A stretch of DNA of 64,000 nucleotides from the IMG/VR virus record IMGVR_UViG_3300044699_000112, positions 10,234 to 74,233 of that record; one strand, given 5' to 3'. This DNA is from a virus. The notes under the pieces are model-generated. The model searched no databases and was not told the origin of the DNA. It was given only the letters and a program-made list of their open reading frames with translations. Shown in pieces: positions 9,063 to 19,812 of the stretch. The translations under genes and the position numbers were made by a program. Within the stretch, counting starts at the first letter, position 1. Each line of letters starts with the position of its first letter.

Positions 9063-10995
9063 TTGAGCCTTTCTGAACTGAAGCAACGCTCAGTGGCGGA
9101 TCTGAGGGCTCGTGGGACGCGGGCCCGCACAGATATGCCAGTCGCCTCACGCGCCCAGAACACCTATCTCACCAACCGGGCATCGAACGCCATCAATGTC
9201 CGGTACGACGGGGGCCGGGTGATCGGCCGCGACGGGTTCCTGCCGGTCTGGCGGCCACCGGCAAGATGACCATGATGTACCAGTGGTTCGCCTACTCGAC
9301 CTCGGTGACGGGGCAGGCGCACCGCAGAACTTCCTGGTCACCTTTGAAAATGGCGCGATCCGCTACCGCAATCTCTACTTCACTACGAGACGACCGCCGA
9401 GGCGATTGCCGGAGCCTACGGCGCCACGGTCGTCGAAGCAGGCGACCGTCTCTACGTTGCGCTGTACTCGCCGGCCCGGTCGGCGCCACCGAGACGCGGA
9501 TCCTCTTCCCCTTCGCAGGCGAGGGCTTCGACAGTATCAGTAATGCGTTCATGGGCCCGATGTCGGAGGTCCCCACCTTCACTGAACCCTTCGCTGGCCT
9601 CGTGACCGCGGGCCTGCACAAGTGGGGCTACATCGTCACTTCGCGCTCCGGCTCGCAACTGAAGCCATCGCCCTACAGTGCGGCGATCTTCACGCCGCCT
9701 TCGTTCACCGCCGCCGTGATACGACGGTGCAGATGCAGGTCTCGGCGGTCTGGCCCGACGACGCAATGTTTGTCTCGCCGATCATGACCACCATCGAGAA
9801 CCTCGAGAAGTTCTTCATCGTTCCCGGCATGGAGCTCTCCGTCATTCCCGGCATGCTCTACCCGGTGCAGTTCCAGATCTCGATCACCGACGAGGTGCTC
9901 GAAGCCACGGCCACCGAGCTCACCGACAACTTCGGGTACATGACGCAGTACACCGATGGCACCGGCCCGTTCAAGCCATTCAACCTTGCGCAGCTTGGGC
10001 GGCGCATCGCTTACTTCGTCGAGAACAAGGTCTACATCTCGGACCAGGACGACTACGAGCGCGTGACCGAGGACCAGCATGTCCTCCAGCTTCCCGGCGA
10101 GCGGTACGTGGTGACCGCCTGCCAGATTCGCGGAGTGAACTATTTTTTCGGCCCCAAGTGGACGTATGCGGCGGTCGACAACGAGGACGTACCGGTTCTG
10201 TGGGCGGCGCCGTACGCGGTCTCGCTGGGGCAGGGCACGAGCGCCGTCCACGGCGTGGTGCGTCAACACGACCGGAGACATGGCCTGGGTAGCGAACGAA
10301 TACGGGCTCTGGGATTTCGGCGGCGGGTATGACGCCATCCCGGTCAGTGACATGAACGAGCCCGAGTGGGCGCCGCATCAACTGGGGGCAAGCGCAGACG
10401 ACCATGTGGATCGTGGACGATCCGATTGCACAGACGGTGATGGTCTTCGCGCCGCTCGACGGCGCCACCGAGAACACGCACCGGCTGACGTGGTCCTACT
10501 CGCGTGGCCGCGGTCCCACGCAGGTAGACTTCTCGCTCGACACGCTACCGGCCGCGAGTGCGTGCATGGTGCGCGAGCAGACCAGCCAACGATCGCGGCT
10601 CTGGCTGGGCCCGAACGCCTCGACGACGCCGATCCTCGTCGAGGACTCCGTCGCCTTCGACGACAACGGCATAGCCGATCGTGTCGATCTGGGAATCGGG
10701 CGAAGTGTTCAAGCGCCGACACGAGGCGTCGTCGATCGACATGAAGGTACATGCGGTCGAGGCCAAGGCCAAGGGAATCGGCATCCTGCGCACGCGCGTC
10801 TATGAGGCGAGCCGGAACCTCTTCGAAGATCTCGCGACGAATGATCTCAAGGAGCTCCCGCGCGACGCTATCGAGATGGGCTGCGACGTGATGTCGCACG
10901 ATGCCACGGTCGAGTTCAAGACTACCGGCCTCGGCGAACGCCTGGACCTCAACGACTTCACGGTCTTTTATATGCCCTGGCTCACGGGCCGTTGA
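9063..10995 (+). CDS. Tail tubular protein B / gp10-like nozzle, split by several indels
   Basis: Consecutive overlapping + ORFs (9063, 9283, 9622, 10166, 10404, 10681) with beta-propeller-like segments (GRRIAYFVENKVYISD, YFFGPKWTY); podovirus synteny. Confidence 0.55.
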
Positions 10996-11007
10996 TACTA
11001 TCCAGAA

Positions 11008-14000
11008 ATGGCTGACAAGCTGAAGCTGATTGTCACGTCGATTCGCCCCGACGTGAATTCGATCCGCACGGCTGGCACGTTCAAACTCGTGGCCGAGGCT
11101 CTCGACCGGCTCGACGGTAACGTGGGCAGGACCGCGGGATTCGTCAACGACCTGGAGGTGGGAGGGACCACCATCATCAATGAGCCCGGCGAGCCGCCGC
11201 CACCGGCCGAGCAAAACCGGGCAGATCTCCTACGAACCCTAATGGCCATCATCTATCCGGACTCCATCATTCGCGACCCCTGGGTCAAACACGGCGAGCG
11301 TGTTTCGGTGAAGGACTTCGGCGCCGTCTCGGACGGCGTGTCCGATTGCAGTGAGGCGTTCCAGGAAGCCTACGACTCTGTCGTTGGGAAGGGTGGCGGA
11401 AGCATCGACATCCCCGGCGTGGGCACGCCCGGCGAAAGCTACAAGCTCAACACGCCGATCGTGCTCGACTCCGACGTACCGATCTCCTGGCTCGGGCAGG
11501 GCCGGAGCTCAAAGATCACGCGCGGCGCCGCGCTTTCCGCAAACAAGGGCCTCTTCCATCTCGCCAGCCCCAAGAACCTCATCTTTCGCAATTTCCTGGT
11601 GGACGGAGCAGTCACGACCTCGACTGGGCTCCTCTACTCCGAGTTTGCCAGCAACCCGATGCATCCGCTGCTAACGTTGAACACGACCTTCTGGGCTGAG
11701 GGCGGAGAGGATCTCGAGTGGGACGGCGTGCATATCGAGCACACGGGCGGCTACGCGATCCTTCTCGATGCGCGTCTCGTCAACGTCAAGCGCGTGAAGA
11801 TCCACCGCGGCATGCTTCGCAACAACCGGCCGCACACGTTCGGCACCGCGGCCGCCGATATGATGGAGGCGACGCGGCGGGTCCGCGGCGTCAAGATCGA
11901 TTGGGAGCGCCACTTCCCCGAGCTCCTCGCGGGCAGCGCCTCGGTCTACGGATCCTGGACCGGCGGCATCCTCGCGCAGAACCAAGCGACCGGCGGCTCG
12001 TCGACCAAGGTGCAAGACCTCACCGTCGATCACAACCGCTTCGAGCGGAACACCGGCAACTGCGTGTGGCAGCACGGCTACGGCTTTGACTCGTTCCATC
12101 AGCAGATCCACATCGACTACAACTCGTTCCTCGACTGCGGCCTCGACGGCATCCTCTTTGGCAACGTGATCGGCGGCTCGGCGATCGGCAACTCGTTCCG
12201 CAGGATCGGCTACATCTGCTCGGACGACACCTCGCCCGGCATCCCCCGGTGGCTGCCGAATCTCAACGCGACGGGCCTCGACACCTCAGGCGTCGTCAAG
12301 CTGGTGAACTACGCGAACAACTCGTTCCTCAACGTGAACGGCGGCGCGATCAACGGGGACGGCTTCGCCTACGGCACGATCAACGGCAACTCGATCCGCG
12401 TCTCGCGCCCCGGTGAACCGGAGTTCAGCGAGGACTCAATCGGCTCCGGGTTCGGCCCCGGCGGCGCCGGGGCGAACTGGTCCCAAGGCATCGTGCTCGG
12501 TAACACCGCGGACAAGGAGGGCGGTCTCGGCGTCACCATCTCTGGCAACTTCTTCGACAACCTGGGCGGCACCGCGATCGGCCTCTACGCCGCACGCAAG
12601 TGCCAAGCGCAAAACAACCTGATCATCGCGCCCGACGCCCCCGGCCAGAACCCGATCATGATCGGCGGTCTGCTCACCGGCTCCAATCAGGTGGCGCGGG
12701 ACAACCTCGTCACCGAGAACAGTATTCACTTCAATCCGGCCCAACCGGCCCCGGCGATCTTTGAAGATCCCACTTACCGCCCGTTCACACCGGCAGATAT
12801 GAATCGCGTGGTGAAGAACGTCTGCCTCGGCGGCCCGAATGTTTTCGAGTTCAAGCGCGACCCCAACACCGACACCAAGTGCGCGATTCACTTCACCACC
12901 GAGGCAGTGGCGAGCTACTCTTCCGGCACGGGATCGCGCGCGAAGGGATCGGCGAAGGCTCCTCGCTCCGCTTCTACGCGCAGGACTCGGACCCGTGGGG
13001 CAACATTCACATGTCCCTGAACATGTACCGCGCGCAGGGCGCCCGCGGTCCCTTGCTGAACGTCTCCGAAACCGGCCCTGGCCCTCCTGAGGTGGAGGCC
13101 GAGGGCGGCTGCATCACCACCGGCAACGTCACGCAATTACCGTTCGGCAACGCGATGGCGACCAGTAAGCTCTCGGCGAGCGGGTTCCTCGCGCTCGGCG
13201 ATTCGACGTACTGGGAGGTCGAAGCCGATATGCTGCCGAGCACTCATCCCAATGGCTGGGCGCTCCTGCGCTGGGACGGCTTGCTCGCCAAGTGGCAACA
13301 GTCGGTCGAAGGCGGCGGCGCGGCGGGGCCCAGGATCTGGACCGACTTCTCCGCAGGCGGCGGCGGCTCGACGGCCAAACCGGCCGATCCAGTGGATTCG
13401 GTGCAGTTCAATCGCGCGGGCGCGTTCGGCGGCAGCGCCGATTTTCTCTACACGGAGAGCATCAGGCGCGTGACCGTGATCTGCGATGCCGCCACTCCCG
13501 GCATCAATGTGGCCGGTGGCTACATCTCCTCCGCGCAAGGGTTCGTGGCGATGCCCGCGACCGCCACCACCTACAACGCCATCCAGGCTTCCAACGGCGG
13601 CGTGTTCGCTCTGTCGGCGACCATCAAAAACTACGTAACCTGGGGCTCAAACGCCGCGCCGGTCCCCACGATCAACGACTCGTTCCTGGACAACGGAGTC
13701 ATTTACTACGACGACCCGAATAAGATCTTCAACTTTCGCACCGGCCAGTACAACCCTACGACGGAGTACACCGACCTCGTCGAGGTGAGTTGCTACGCGC
13801 TGGGCTTTGCGGCCTCGAGCCCCCAGGTCAATGCGGTTCACGCTCGCAACGGCGGCGTGCAGGCGCAGTGGCTCGTGGCCGAAGACTCACTGATCTTCAT
13901 CGGCCGCGGGCAGCCTCCGGTGTCCGGGCCTGGACAGGTGCGGATCTACGCAGCCCCGAGCGGGCAGATGTACGTCTCCTCGAATACCGCCCCGTATGGC

Positions 14001-15911
14001 CCGTTTGGGAATACGCCCCCCGGCGCCCCGGAGGGCAGCGTTCAGTACAACCGCGGCGGCCAGTTCGGCGGGAGTGCCAATCTCTTCTGGGACGAGGGGA
14101 CCAACCGGCTCTACGTCACTTGCGCGTCGACGGCCCCGGCGATCAACGTCGACGGCGGCTGGATTCAATCGCAGGGCGGGTTCCTTACTACCAGCGCCGG
14201 TCTGGCGGTCCAGGCTCTGAGCGGCGTGATCATCAGCCGGTATCTGGCAACCAACGAGTCGCTCATCTTCCAGGGACAGGCCACGCCTCCTGGCCTCTCT
14301 GACGCCTCCGGCGGGCCCCAGGTGCGCCTCTACGCCAGTTCGGGCGGCGTGATGTACATCTCGAGCAATGGGGCGGCGTGGGGACCGCTGATGGGTACCG
14401 GGACTCCTCCGGCTGGCGTAAGCGGTCAGATCCAGTTCAATCAGAACGGGGCCTTTGGTGCGCATCCTTACCTGCTCTGGGATTGGAACAGTTTCATCCT
14501 GAATATGTACGGGTACTTTCAGGTCAACAGCGTCAACAACCCGGTCATGTGGGTGATGAATCGCGCGTACGGCGCGAACCAGACTGTCTGGTATCAGGGC
14601 GTCGATGACTCGGCGCGGTTTTTTATCCAGGCGGCTTCGTTCGGCCCCGTGCTGCTCTACCTTACCCCAAGCGGGGACGGCGCCTTGTCGACCTTATCGA
14701 CTCCAGGAACAGTGCAGTCGCTCTATGTCAACGCGCTCGGCTCCAGTGCCGTCAGCATTCAGGCGGCCTATGGCGGCGTGACGGCCCGGTGGATCTGCCC
14801 TAACGAATCACTGATCTTCCTTGCAATAGGCCAGCCAGCCCTTTCAAGCCCTGGTCAGGTGCGAATGTACGCCTCGACGAGCGGAGTCCTGTACGTCTCA
14901 TCGAACGGTCAAGCCTACGGCCCAATCGGCGGCCAGCCCCCGGCGGGCACCAATCAGCAGGTACAGTTCAACAACAACGGTCAATTCGGAGCGTCTGCCA
15001 ACTTCGCTTGGGACAACGTCAACAATGTTCTGGGCATTAATGGCCCCAACGGCTACATGGCAACGACCACCTCGAATGACTGTCAGTGGTACATGCACCG
15101 CCCCAACGTTTATATCTACTGGGTTGGCATCAATGGTTCGGCGCAGTGGATCGTCAGAGGCATGGATGGCTTCACTCAGTTGGCCGTTTCCCCCAATGGC
15201 GCATCTGGCATGATCGTCTCTACTCCCGGCACGTTCCAGGGACTCTACGTGAACGCGCTCGGTGGAGCAGGCCAGTTCATCTATAACGCCATTCAAGCGG
15301 CGAGCGGCGGCGTGACCGGCCGATGGCTCGTGGCGAACGAATCGCTGATCCTGAAGCAGGGCGGCGAACCGGCACGCTCGAACGGCGGCGAGGTGCGGAT
15401 GTATGCCAATTACAACGGAGTGGTGTATATTTCGACCGCCGGTCAAGCCTATGGGCCCCTCGGCGGCGGCGTTCAGTCGACGACGCAGCCCCAGTGGACC
15501 GGCTCCAACAGCGGCTATAACTACACGTTCAACAACGCGAATAACTATTTCATCGTAAATGGCAACGGCGACGTTACTTCGAACGGCGTGATCAGCAGTG
15601 TCGGCGGCATCTACACGAGCAATCAGGCGCAGAACGCGATGCAGTCTGCGGGCGGGTTCAACGCCGGGTACGGCGGCAGCGGCAACGGCGTCTATCAAAT
15701 CTACGGAAACACCGTCATCAACAACTCCCGTCAGTTTGTTGGTTCTGGCGGTATCAATACGAGCGGCCACATGATCGCCAGCGGCAATTGCTCGGCGGCT
15801 TCCTACCAGATCACCACTGGTTACTATGGGCAGGATGCCATCAACGGAATAGCCGTTGGCAACGGCCATGTGCTTTATTTCAAAGGCGGCATTCTGTACG
15901 CCTGGAGTTAG
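11008..15911 (+). CDS. Tailspike/tail fibre: pectate-lyase-like beta-helix plus repeated fibre modules (indel near 12900 joins ORFs 11008-13020 and 12879-15911)
   Basis: VSVKDFGAVSDGVSDCSEAFQEA pectate_lyase_3-type start; Asn-rich beta-helix rungs; four (S/Q)(V/I)Q(F/Y)N..G.FG repeats and repeated GGV...WL...ESLIF...GQVR.YA modules. Confidence 0.75.
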
Positions 15912-15919
15912 GAGAACTT

Positions 15920-16342
15920 ATGCAAATTTCAATCCCGATGCGGGCGCGGCTCTATCTGCTCGCGCTGATCGGTCAGGACTCGGGCGGCTTGGAAGATGAG
16001 AAGCGCCTGCTCTCGTCCGACTTACTAGAAAAGCTCGAAGTCCCGCAGAGCGAACTTATGCTCTACGAAACGGCGATCCCGAGCGGCGGCGCCTACCTGC
16101 ACCTCGACCGCATCGCCCAGGCGCCGGTCCTCGAGGTGGACCTTTCACCAGCCGAGCTCCGGCGGGCCCAGTCGCTCATCACCGAGTGGAAGAACTACCG
16201 CCCCGGTGACGATCGGTTCATACGTCCACTCCTCAAAGACATTCGCGCCGCGCTCGATAGCGGGGAGACCGGCGGACAGGCCGATGCCCTCCTGCGGGTC
16301 ACCAATGGCGCACCAGTTCCGCGGCAGAAGGCCGCGAGATAG
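15920..16342 (+). CDS. Putative fibre assembly chaperone (paralogue of 36431-36784)
   Basis: GGAG RBS; immediately follows the fibre gene; visible similarity to the 36431 protein. Confidence 0.5.
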   Translation: MQISIPMRARLYLLALIGQDSGGLEDEKRLLSSDLLEKLEVPQSELMLYETAIPSGGAYLHLDRIAQAPVLEVDLSPAELRRAQSLITEWKNYRPGDDRFIRPLLKDIRAALDSGETGGQADALLRVTNGAPVPRQKAAR

Positions 16343-16354
16343 AAAGAAGGAACC

Positions 16355-16855
16355 ATGCCAACACCCATGCCACCACCTCCGGCTCCCGTGCCGGTACCTG
16401 CCGCTCCGAAGACAATTGATCTGTCGAAGGTCCTGGTCCGCGCCATGCCGGGCTACTTATACAGCCCGTTCACCAAGAAGCTCTACTACACGAACAACCG
16501 GCAGGAAGTCGGAGCCTCCACATACGAACGCCCGTGGAGCGTGAGCCCCGGCTACGGCTTTGAGACTCCCGTTTATCCGCTGAACCCGGTGGACTTTCCC
16601 ACGGCGGAGACGGCCAACAAGGTTCTCGAACAGGCCCGTGCGTGGTTCCCCACACTGTTGTTCGACGTGATGGCCCCCAAACCAACCGGGGGCGTCGTCA
16701 CTCAACTTCAATACTGGTTAATCTGCTGGAACGGCGCCGACCTCTATGAGATCTTCTCGTGCGGCTGGTGGGCCTTCGACTGCGACAAGGACGGCGAGAC
16801 CGCTGCGAAACAGCAGCGCACCGCCGAGCTCAAGAGCGCGGGATTCTCCGTATAG
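16355..16855 (+). CDS. Hypothetical protein, Pro-rich N-terminus
   Basis: AGAAGGA RBS; clean ORF. Confidence 0.6.
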   Translation: MPTPMPPPPAPVPVPAAPKTIDLSKVLVRAMPGYLYSPFTKKLYYTNNRQEVGASTYERPWSVSPGYGFETPVYPLNPVDFPTAETANKVLEQARAWFPTLLFDVMAPKPTGGVVTQLQYWLICWNGADLYEIFSCGWWAFDCDKDGETAAKQQRTAELKSAGFSV

Positions 16856-16967
16856 GGGAGTAAACTTGGTGCAACTTTGCTGGCTGTTTTCCCAATCTCC
16901 GTAACGCATAGCCAGCGAGGCAGGGCGGACGACCCGATGCGGCCGCCCTGTAAAAAAAGGAGTCCGT

Positions 16968-17162
16968 ATGCCAATCATTCAAGTGATCGTCCTGATCGTC
17001 GTTGTCGGCGTGATCCTCTATCTGGTCAACACGTACGTCCCGATGGCAGCGCCGATTAAGACGATCCTCAATATCGTGGTCATTCTCTTCCTGGTTCTCT
17101 GGCTGCTCTCAGTCTTCGGTCTACTCCCCGGTGGCACGGTTCCCCGGCTCCGAACTCCGTAG
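16968..17162 (+). CDS. Small two-TM membrane protein (Thivi_2564-like), holin candidate
   Basis: AAGGAG RBS; LIVVVGVILYLVNTYVPM..PIKTILNIVV..LWLL.VFG pattern. Confidence 0.65.
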   Translation: MPIIQVIVLIVVVGVILYLVNTYVPMAAPIKTILNIVVILFLVLWLLSVFGLLPGGTVPRLRTP

Positions 17163-17212
17163 GCGTTGACAACAAATCGCGGTGGTATTGTAAGCGAAAG
17201 GATCTGAGCCTC

Positions 17213-18781
17213 ATGGCGAGCAAGGCAGAACAATACAGTGCTGAAGACCGAGAGCTTGCCAAACGGCGTGGCGATCGTTTCAACATCGAGGCCGAGCAGC
17301 GCGCCACCAACGCGCAGAACCGCCAGAAGTGGGCGCAGGACTATCAGGCCGAACAGTACGACCCGATGCTCGCCGGGCGCGGCGGCTACAGCCCCGAGGA
17401 AGGCGCCGACATTCGAGGCGACTACGGTGGTCTCGCCGCTACGCCTGAGGAGCTCGAGGGCAACTACCGCACCCAGCAAGAGCAGAACGATATCGTTGGG
17501 AACCCGTGGGACCGCGCGGCCTACTTCAACCCGGAAGGCATGGAGGCGGCGGGTTATGGCGAGAGCGATCGCGTGCGCGGTGCGATGGGCGGTTACCGGA
17601 GCGATCTGAACGCCGCGCTCGATCCCTACGGTAAAAATCTGCGCGGCGCGATCGGCGATGAAACGGCCCAGTCGATAGATCCCGAGTACACCGCCTATCA
17701 AAAAGGGGTAGTCGGACGCACCGGCTCAGACCGGCGCGCGGCGGTCGATCCGTCTCTCCTGCGCGCCGATAAGGCGGCGCTCGACACGATCCGGATGAGC
17801 CCCGAGGAATACCAACAAACCCTCACCGGCGCCGGTAACGTGGTCGGCGAAAGCTACCGCGCGGCCGCCGATGACTCCGCTCGACGCGCCAGGGCTGCGG
17901 GCGCGAGCGCGCTCGGCGTAGGCGCCATGCGTGACCGGCTCGAGAGAGGCTCGGCCGTCGACAGGGCCGATGCGATGCTCAGAGCCAAGATTGCCGCGGG
18001 CGCGGCACGTGCAGGCCGGGCGGGGACCGCCGAGGAATTCCGGTTGCGAGGCGAAGAAGGAACCTCTGACCGTCTCGGCCGCGCGGCGATGGAAGCGGGC
18101 GACTTCGAGTTCGGTAACCGCTACCGCCTGGAAGACCAGCGCCTCGCCGCCGAGAAAGCCAAACAGGGCGCGCGGCTCCAGGTGGAGAGCGAGCTCGGCC
18201 GAGCGGGCATGGGCGCGGCTTCCGAGCTTGGCCGCGCGGGGATCGGCGTCGAAGAAGGAGCCGCGCAGCGCGCCGCGCAGCAGCGCCAATACAACGCGAG
18301 CCTCGGCACCGAGATGGCGACCGGGATCGAGCGCGACACGCAGGCTCGCAAGATGTCGAATACGACGGACCGGCAGGCGGTGCGGCGAGCCAACCAAGCG
18401 CAGCGTTTCGGCCAGGGCATGGATGTCCAACAGGCCAAGCGCCAGGGTGCTCAGCAGGTGGCCGATAAGCGGCTCGAGGCGCAGTACCGCGGACAGGATT
18501 ACCTGACCCGCGCGGAGGCCGGATCGACTGCCGACAAGAACCAGGAGCTCGAGCGGCAGATGAACGCTTGGCAGGCGCAGGCGGGTATGCAGCAGAACAC
18601 CACGCAGCAGCAGTATGCCAAGGAAGCGCAGCCGAAGACTTGGGAGAAGGTTGTGGGCGCCGCATCAGGAGCCGTGGGCGCCGCGGTCCCGATGATTGGC
18701 GCGGGCCAGAAAATCGCCAAAGTGGCAATGAAGCCCAACTACAACTACACAGATCCTTACGGCGCTTACGGCGGCGGGTAA
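17213..18781 (+). CDS. Internal virion / DNA ejection protein
   Basis: Ala/Gly/Gln/Arg-rich helical protein with C-terminal GAASGAVGAA segment; podovirus synteny. Confidence 0.55.
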   Translation: MASKAEQYSAEDRELAKRRGDRFNIEAEQRATNAQNRQKWAQDYQAEQYDPMLAGRGGYSPEEGADIRGDYGGLAATPEELEGNYRTQQEQNDIVGNPWDRAAYFNPEGMEAAGYGESDRVRGAMGGYRSDLNAALDPYGKNLRGAIGDETAQSIDPEYTAYQKGVVGRTGSDRRAAVDPSLLRADKAALDTIRMSPEEYQQTLTGAGNVVGESYRAAADDSARRARAAGASALGVGAMRDRLERGSAVDRADAMLRAKIAAGAARAGRAGTAEEFRLRGEEGTSDRLGRAAMEAGDFEFGNRYRLEDQRLAAEKAKQGARLQVESELGRAGMGAASELGRAGIGVEEGAAQRAAQQRQYNASLGTEMATGIERDTQARKMSNTTDRQAVRRANQAQRFGQGMDVQQAKRQGAQQVADKRLEAQYRGQDYLTRAEAGSTADKNQELERQMNAWQAQAGMQQNTTQQQYAKEAQPKTWEKVVGAASGAVGAAVPMIGAGQKIAKVAMKPNYNYTDPYGAYGGG

Positions 18782-18795
18782 GAAGGAGACCTTAG

Positions 18796-19809
18796 ATGCC
18801 AACTTATTGGGAGAACGATATGCAGCCCGCGGGGGGAGCTCCGGCTCCGGCCGCGGCCCCGAAGCCGCCAATGGCTGCCCAGCAACCAGCGATGGGCGCC
18901 GCGCCTCAGCAGGCCCGGCCGCGAGGGCAACAGCCCCCAGGCGCCCGCTGGTGGCAGAATCCTGGTAGCGCGGTGCGCCCCCCGATGGCGACACCACCGC
19001 CAGCACCGGGCGCTCCTCCTGCACCTTCGTCTCCTCCGGCAGGAGGAGCGCCCCCGGCCCCGTACAATGCCGGTGCTCGATTCAACCAGCCCCCTGCTGC
19101 GCCTCCAGCCGCCGCGCCAGCCGCGCCACCTCCGGCCGCGGCCGCTGCTCCGTACAATGCGGGCGCCCGCTTCGCGCAGCCACCTGCTGCGCCTCCTGCG
19201 CCAGCCCAGCAACCCGCACCGCCTCCCGGCGCAGTTCCGGCGGGCGGAGGCTACATCCAACCGATCGCCAGCGAGGGGAACGCCTCTAAGGTCTGGGCAG
19301 CCCAGCAGCAGCAGTACGGCGGCGCCGCTGATCGTGCCTCCGGTAGGGCCCGACTGGATCAGATGAGCCGGGAAGATGCTGCCAGGAATCCGAACGCCAG
19401 CATGTATGGGAATCCTGGTGGCGCCGACGTTCCTGGCGGGGAAAGTTATATCCGGGCGATGGATCCAGGAGAGGCCGGTGATGCGAGGAATCGCATGGCT
19501 CAGATGATGGAGGCGTCGAATTTCGACCGCCGGAGCAAAGCCTTTGGACCGCCACCGCCGACCGGCGTCGCCTCGTACGGAGTAGCTCCGGAGGGCGGCG
19601 AGAGCTCTATCCAGGCGATGGAAGATTCGCCCGAGGCCCGCACCAGGATGGAAGAGGCGATGGCCGCCGCGTCCGATCGCAGCCGCATGGCACCGGCGCC
19701 GCCAAGCAGCATTGACCCTGGCCGCGCTGCGATGGGTCTGGGGCGTGGCTTGCCCCCAGGCCGCATGGGCGGGCGATCACTCGGACGAGGCCGCGGGCCA
19801 GTCTACTAA
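18796..19809 (+). CDS. Pro/Ala-rich disordered protein, probable internal virion protein
   Basis: AAGGAG RBS; internal repeats APYNAGARF.QPPAAPPA (x2) and GGES.I.AM...EA..R (x2). Confidence 0.55.
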   Translation: MPTYWENDMQPAGGAPAPAAAPKPPMAAQQPAMGAAPQQARPRGQQPPGARWWQNPGSAVRPPMATPPPAPGAPPAPSSPPAGGAPPAPYNAGARFNQPPAAPPAAAPAAPPPAAAAAPYNAGARFAQPPAAPPAPAQQPAPPPGAVPAGGGYIQPIASEGNASKVWAAQQQQYGGAADRASGRARLDQMSREDAARNPNASMYGNPGGADVPGGESYIRAMDPGEAGDARNRMAQMMEASNFDRRSKAFGPPPPTGVASYGVAPEGGESSIQAMEDSPEARTRMEEAMAAASDRSRMAPAPPSSIDPGRAAMGLGRGLPPGRMGGRSLGRGRGPVY

Positions 19810-19812
19810 GCT

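Noticed and set aside
8950-13020. Frameshifts in tail genes as programmed frameshifting or pseudogenisation
   Set aside because: Similar single-base breaks occur genome-wide (34.9, 40.8, 41.3-41.7, 56.5, 58-63.9 kb), often at short homopolymers and in essential genes, with no slippery heptamer; sequencing indels are the simpler explanation.
17166-17191. TTGACA promoter before the ejection genes
   Set aside because: The best -10 (TATTGT) is only 14 nt away, too weak to call.
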